Assembly: GCA_964449245.1 (NCBI GenBank)
Contig: CAYUXY010000001.1
Span: 66,838 to 130,837 of the forward strand
DNA: 64,000 nt
Source of the DNA: an uncultured Candidatus Saccharibacteria bacterium
Lineage (GTDB): Bacteria; Patescibacteriota; Minisyncoccia; UBA6257; GWB1-50-10
Reading direction: 5' to 3'
A model generated the notes under the pieces. It did no database searches. It had not been told where the DNA came from and saw only the letters and a program-made list of their open reading frames with translations. Of the stretch, positions 60,265 through 64,000 are shown piece after piece (the stretch's first letter is position 1; every line of letters starts with the position of its first letter). The translations under genes and the position numbers were made by a program.

Positions 60265-61287
60265 ATGCTAAAAAATACTTTTAACTTAGAAGTCAGCTGG
60301 CACACCCTTTGGAGAGTGTTGATTTTTGGCGCCGTAGTCTCTGTTTTATATCTCGCGAGAGGAGTTCTCGGAGTATTATTCGCATCAGTCGTGATATCTC
60401 TCGGGATAGACCCGATTGTTTCATATCTCGAAAAGAAGAGAGTGCATAGAATATTAGGCACGTTAATAGTTTTCATCATGGCATTTTTAATACTCGGAAT
60501 CGGAATATATTTTATAATTCCTATATTTGCCGTAGAAATGAGCTCTTTTCTTGAGCATTTCCATGAATTTATGTCCGCAACGTTTGGCATAGGTTTTCCG
60601 GATAATGTAGTTGATGCCCTTACTTTCGGGAAAGAAAAATTATTTGATTATCTTTCTGTCGCGGACATTTCGGTTGCGGCTACGTTTTCTAAATTTTTGG
60701 AAACAGCCATATATTTAGTCGTAACGGTGCTTACTACGTTTTATCTCTCGGTGGAGAAAAACGGCACAGAAAGATTATTCCGCGTAGTATTGCCGGATGT
60801 ATATGAAGCGCCGGTTTTAAAAGTATTTAACAGATTTAAATTAAAGATAAGGCGATGGATGGCTGCTCAGCTTAGCCTGAGCATAATTGTCGGAATTATT
60901 TCCGGAATAGGGCTTATGGCGCTCGGTGTCCGCTACGGTTTTATATTGGGAATTTTAGCGGCAATATTTGAAATCGTTCCGATTATAGGGCCGATTATGG
61001 TTGGCATCATAGCGTTTCTCGTCGCCGTATCTGATTCGTTGTTGCTCGGAGTGTACGCGCTCTTGTTTTGCTTTATCGTTCAACAGCTCGAAAATAATAT
61101 TTTGACTCCGCTTATAATGGGGAAAAGTATGAAGATTCATCCTGTAGTTGTGCTTATGGCCCTTCTTGCCGGAGGCAAACTTGCCGGATTCGTCGGAATC
61201 GTACTTGCTGTGCCAATCGCCGTTATCGCGCAAGAAATTTTCAATTATCTCGCGGAGGCAAAAGATCGACGCACATATCTCGTATAA
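60265..61287 (+). CDS. AI-2E family transporter (PerM/UPF0118)
   Basis: Eight-TM layout with a conserved C-terminal region LGILAAIFEIVPIIGPIM. Confidence 0.75.
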   Translation: MLKNTFNLEVSWHTLWRVLIFGAVVSVLYLARGVLGVLFASVVISLGIDPIVSYLEKKRVHRILGTLIVFIMAFLILGIGIYFIIPIFAVEMSSFLEHFHEFMSATFGIGFPDNVVDALTFGKEKLFDYLSVADISVAATFSKFLETAIYLVVTVLTTFYLSVEKNGTERLFRVVLPDVYEAPVLKVFNRFKLKIRRWMAAQLSLSIIVGIISGIGLMALGVRYGFILGILAAIFEIVPIIGPIMVGIIAFLVAVSDSLLLGVYALLFCFIVQQLENNILTPLIMGKSMKIHPVVVLMALLAGGKLAGFVGIVLAVPIAVIAQEIFNYLAEAKDRRTYLV

Positions 61288-61294
61288 TTGAATT

Positions 61295-62776
61295 ATGGAA
61301 AAGAAAAAGTGTTACGTAACAACGACTCTGCCGTACGTTAACGCCGTGCCTCATATGGGCCACGCGCTCGAATGTGTAGAGGCCGATGCGTTCGCACGCG
61401 CTCGTAAAATATTCGGCGATGAAGTTTTTTTCAACGTTGGGACCGACGAACACGGGCTGAAGATTTATAGGCGCGCGCTGGAAGACGGGCTTTCGCCGAA
61501 AGAATATACCGACAGCTATGCAGAAAAATTTAAAGATTTTTTCAGGTTGTTAAATATAGAATATACGGCGTTTGTACGGACGACAGACGAGTACCACATA
61601 AAAGCCGCGCAAGGATTTTGGAAAAGATGCGCGGAGAACGGCGATATTTATAAAGGTACATATAAAGCGAAGTATTGTGTCGGTTGCGAACTTGAAAAAA
61701 CAGATTCGGAGTTGGAAAACGGGAAATGCCCGTTTCATATAAATCAGAACATAGAAGAAATAGAAGAAGAAAATTATTTTTTCAGATATTCAAAATATAC
61801 GGAACGTCTGTCGGAGTTATACGAAAAAAATCCTGAATTTGTCGTACCGGCGCATAGACTGAAAGAAATAAAAACATTTGTATTGAGTGGGCTTAAAGAT
61901 TTCAGTATTTCTCGTTTAAAATCAAAAATGCCATGGGGAATTCCTGTTCCGGAAGATGAAGATCACGTTATGTATGTCTGGTTTGATGCTCTCGTAAATT
62001 ATATTTCAACATTAGGATGGGGAACCGACGATGGCAAAAAATTTTCAGACTTCTGGGGCACTAAAGATACGCCCAACGCAATTCAATTTGCCGGCAAGGA
62101 CAATTTGAGACAGCAATCGGCGATGTGGCAGGCAATGCTTATGTCGGCCGATTTGCCGTTATCAAAGCAGATTTTTATACACGGATATATAAACGGCAAA
62201 GGCGGACAAAAAATGTCAAAAAGTCTCGGTAATGTTGTCGATCCCGTTTTAATCGCGCAAAAATTTGGAACTGACGCCCTAAGATATTTTCTGCTTCGCG
62301 AAATAAGGCCGTTCGAGGACGGAGAATTTTCGTTGGAAAGGTTTACGGAGTCGTATAATGCAGGGCTATCCAAGGGATTGGGAAATATGGTAAGCAGGGT
62401 TTTGAAAATGGCGAGGAACGCGGGAGTCGAATTTATTTCAGAAGGGAAAGATATTCAAAATATAGGCAGGATAAAAGAATATGAATCGGCAATTTTAAAC
62501 TTTGAATTCCAAGTCGCAATGGATATGATTTGGGAAAAAATACAAATTGCGGACAGATTTATAGAGGAAAAAGAGCCGTTTAAGCTTATCAAAACAGACG
62601 AAGTTTCTGCAAAAAAAGACATATCTGAACTCCTTGAGTCTGTGTGGGAAATTGCGGAGTTACTGCGACCATTTATGCCCGAAACAAGTAAAAAGATATT
62701 AAGTCTTTTGTTTTCCAAAGAACAAGAAATAGCGCCATTATTTCCGAGAATTGAAACATTGCCCGCAGAAAAATAA
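61295..62776 (+). CDS. metG: methionyl-tRNA synthetase (minimal form)
   Basis: HIGH region PYVNAVPHMGH, Zn knuckle CxxC...CPFH and KMSKS. 493 aa, so no C-terminal tRNA-binding domain. Confidence 0.9.
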   Translation: MEKKKCYVTTTLPYVNAVPHMGHALECVEADAFARARKIFGDEVFFNVGTDEHGLKIYRRALEDGLSPKEYTDSYAEKFKDFFRLLNIEYTAFVRTTDEYHIKAAQGFWKRCAENGDIYKGTYKAKYCVGCELEKTDSELENGKCPFHINQNIEEIEEENYFFRYSKYTERLSELYEKNPEFVVPAHRLKEIKTFVLSGLKDFSISRLKSKMPWGIPVPEDEDHVMYVWFDALVNYISTLGWGTDDGKKFSDFWGTKDTPNAIQFAGKDNLRQQSAMWQAMLMSADLPLSKQIFIHGYINGKGGQKMSKSLGNVVDPVLIAQKFGTDALRYFLLREIRPFEDGEFSLERFTESYNAGLSKGLGNMVSRVLKMARNAGVEFISEGKDIQNIGRIKEYESAILNFEFQVAMDMIWEKIQIADRFIEEKEPFKLIKTDEVSAKKDISELLESVWEIAELLRPFMPETSKKILSLLFSKEQEIAPLFPRIETLPAEK

Positions 62777-63648
62777 TGTCGGAATATAAAATAAAATATT
62801 TTGATTCTCATACGCATCCGAATTTTAAAGCGTATGAAGAAGATTTAGATATTGTTATGGAAAGAACGCTTATAAATGGCGTTGGTTTTGTAGTTGCGGG
62901 CTCCAAAGCGACGACATCGGAAAGCGCCGTCAGACTTGCGGAAAAATATGCCGATTTGCCGATCTTCGCCGCAGTGGGTCTCCATCCGATTCATACGGCG
63001 CCATCGTTTCACGATGACGACGAAGATGGCGTCGCGGATAATTCAGGAGAGAAATTCGACGAAAGTTTTTATGGCAATCTACTAAAATCAAAAAAAGTCA
63101 TTGCAATAGGTGAGTGCGGACTCGATTATTTTCATTTGCCGGATGACGAAAAGGATGCGGAACACAGAAAAAAAATACAGATGGAAGAATTTATGCATCA
63201 AATCGAGTTTGCGAAAAAAAATAAAAAACCGCTCGTTATTCATTGTAGGGATGCATATAAAGATCTCGCCGAAATTCTTTCAAAATTTCCTCCGTCTTCG
63301 GATAACTCGCATTACATAATTCACTGCTTTTGCGGAACAGTTTCCGAAGCCGATATGTTTATGGAGATGAATTGTTTTTTCACTTTTGGCGGGGCGATAA
63401 CATACGCTCCAAAAAAAGGCGGAGCGGATTATGCGGAGACGATAAAGCACGTTCCGTTTAACCGAATTTTAAGCGAAACCGACGCTCCGTATCTTGCTCC
63501 AATTCCGTATAGAGGAAAGAGGAATGAACCTGTTTTTATGTCTGAAACGGTTAAAAAAATGGCGGAAATAAGGGGTGTGAGTTTGGAAGAAATGCGAGTG
63601 CAGATATTAAAAAATTCCGAAGAGGCGTTTCATATCAATCTCTCATAA
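62776..63648 (+). CDS. tatD: TatD-family metal-dependent hydrolase/DNase
   Basis: Carries FDSHTHPNF, GECGLDY and the VIHCRDA metal ligands. Start overlaps the metG stop. Confidence 0.85.
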   Translation: MSEYKIKYFDSHTHPNFKAYEEDLDIVMERTLINGVGFVVAGSKATTSESAVRLAEKYADLPIFAAVGLHPIHTAPSFHDDDEDGVADNSGEKFDESFYGNLLKSKKVIAIGECGLDYFHLPDDEKDAEHRKKIQMEEFMHQIEFAKKNKKPLVIHCRDAYKDLAEILSKFPPSSDNSHYIIHCFCGTVSEADMFMEMNCFFTFGGAITYAPKKGGADYAETIKHVPFNRILSETDAPYLAPIPYRGKRNEPVFMSETVKKMAEIRGVSLEEMRVQILKNSEEAFHINLS

Positions 63649-63698
63649 TTTGAGAAAAAGAGAGGCTCGCTGTAGAATTGAATTCATACGCATCGAGT

Positions 63699-64000
63699 AT
63701 GAAAAAATATGATTTTTCCGGCATAGAGAAAAAATGGAGTAGGGTCTGGAGCGAACGCAAGACATACGAACCGGAATTTAACGGTGAAAAAACGAAAAAA
63801 TTTTATAATTTAATGATGTTCCCGTATCCTTCTGCGGAGGGTCTTCATGTCGGGAATATGTATGCATTTACGGGTACGGATATATTCGGAAGATACAAAA
63901 GAATGCACGGTTATGACGTATTTGAACCAATAGGGCTTGATGGATTCGGTATTCATTCGGAAAACTATGCGATGAAAATAGGGACGCATCCGGTAAAGCA
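63699..64000 (+). CDS. leuS: leucyl-tRNA synthetase, N-terminal fragment (continues beyond window)
   Basis: Carries FPYPSAEGLHVGNMYAFTGTDIFGRYKRMHGYDV (HIGH-type region). No stop codon before the window end. Confidence 0.8.
   Translation, partial: MKKYDFSGIEKKWSRVWSERKTYEPEFNGEKTKKFYNLMMFPYPSAEGLHVGNMYAFTGTDIFGRYKRMHGYDVFEPIGLDGFGIHSENYAMKIGTHPVK

Overview
This is an AT-rich 64-kb window with tightly packed genes and overlapping stops and starts. The aminoacyl-tRNA synthetases and several other genes are unusually short (ValRS 721 aa, MetRS 493 aa, a 4-domain S1 protein, RecO 178 aa), and many small secreted or membrane hypothetical proteins are present. I infer from this that it comes from a reduced genome of the Candidate-Phyla-Radiation (Patescibacteria) type.

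Content from left to right:
- A minus-strand cluster resembling a Gram-positive-type type IV secretion or conjugation module (partial CDS 1-613 through 10782).
- Housekeeping genes on the minus strand: rsmA, comM/yifB, a DksA/TraR zinc-finger protein, pnp, a NYN nuclease and rpsO.
- A XerC/D-type tyrosine recombinase abutting tRNA-Leu(TAG).
- A tandem array of four paralogous VirB2/TrbC-like pilin candidates.
- An ABC substrate-binding protein, gyrA, an S1 protein, tRNA-His, arfB and a tRNA-Phe(GAA) gene.
- Fused to the 3' end of that tRNA-Phe, an unusual GC-rich 180-bp tandem repeat, followed by PduO, ftsH, an ABC exporter, tRNA-Ile(TAT) and tRNA-Val(TAC).
- glyA-folD, recA, a RodZ-like gene, ftsK, PMM/PGM, yraN, nusA, an H+/Na+ pyrophosphatase, a GreA-like gene, hsp20, a PrsW-like protease, valS, tsaD, a GT2 glycosyltransferase, recO, a large surface protein, glyQS, an M16 peptidase, an AI-2E transporter, metG, tatD and the 5' end of leuS.

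No rRNA, CRISPR array or transposase was seen.

The strongest novelty candidates are:
- the tRNA-Phe-linked, hairpin-dense tandem repeat, which regenerates the tRNA 3' end in every unit;
- a three-locus intergenic repeat family that shares a motif with it;
- the type IV secretion-like cluster plus the pilin array;
- two tiny hydrophobic-peptide ORFs;
- a duplicated perfect palindrome upstream of yraN.

All protein calls rest on motif recognition by eye and no database search was run.
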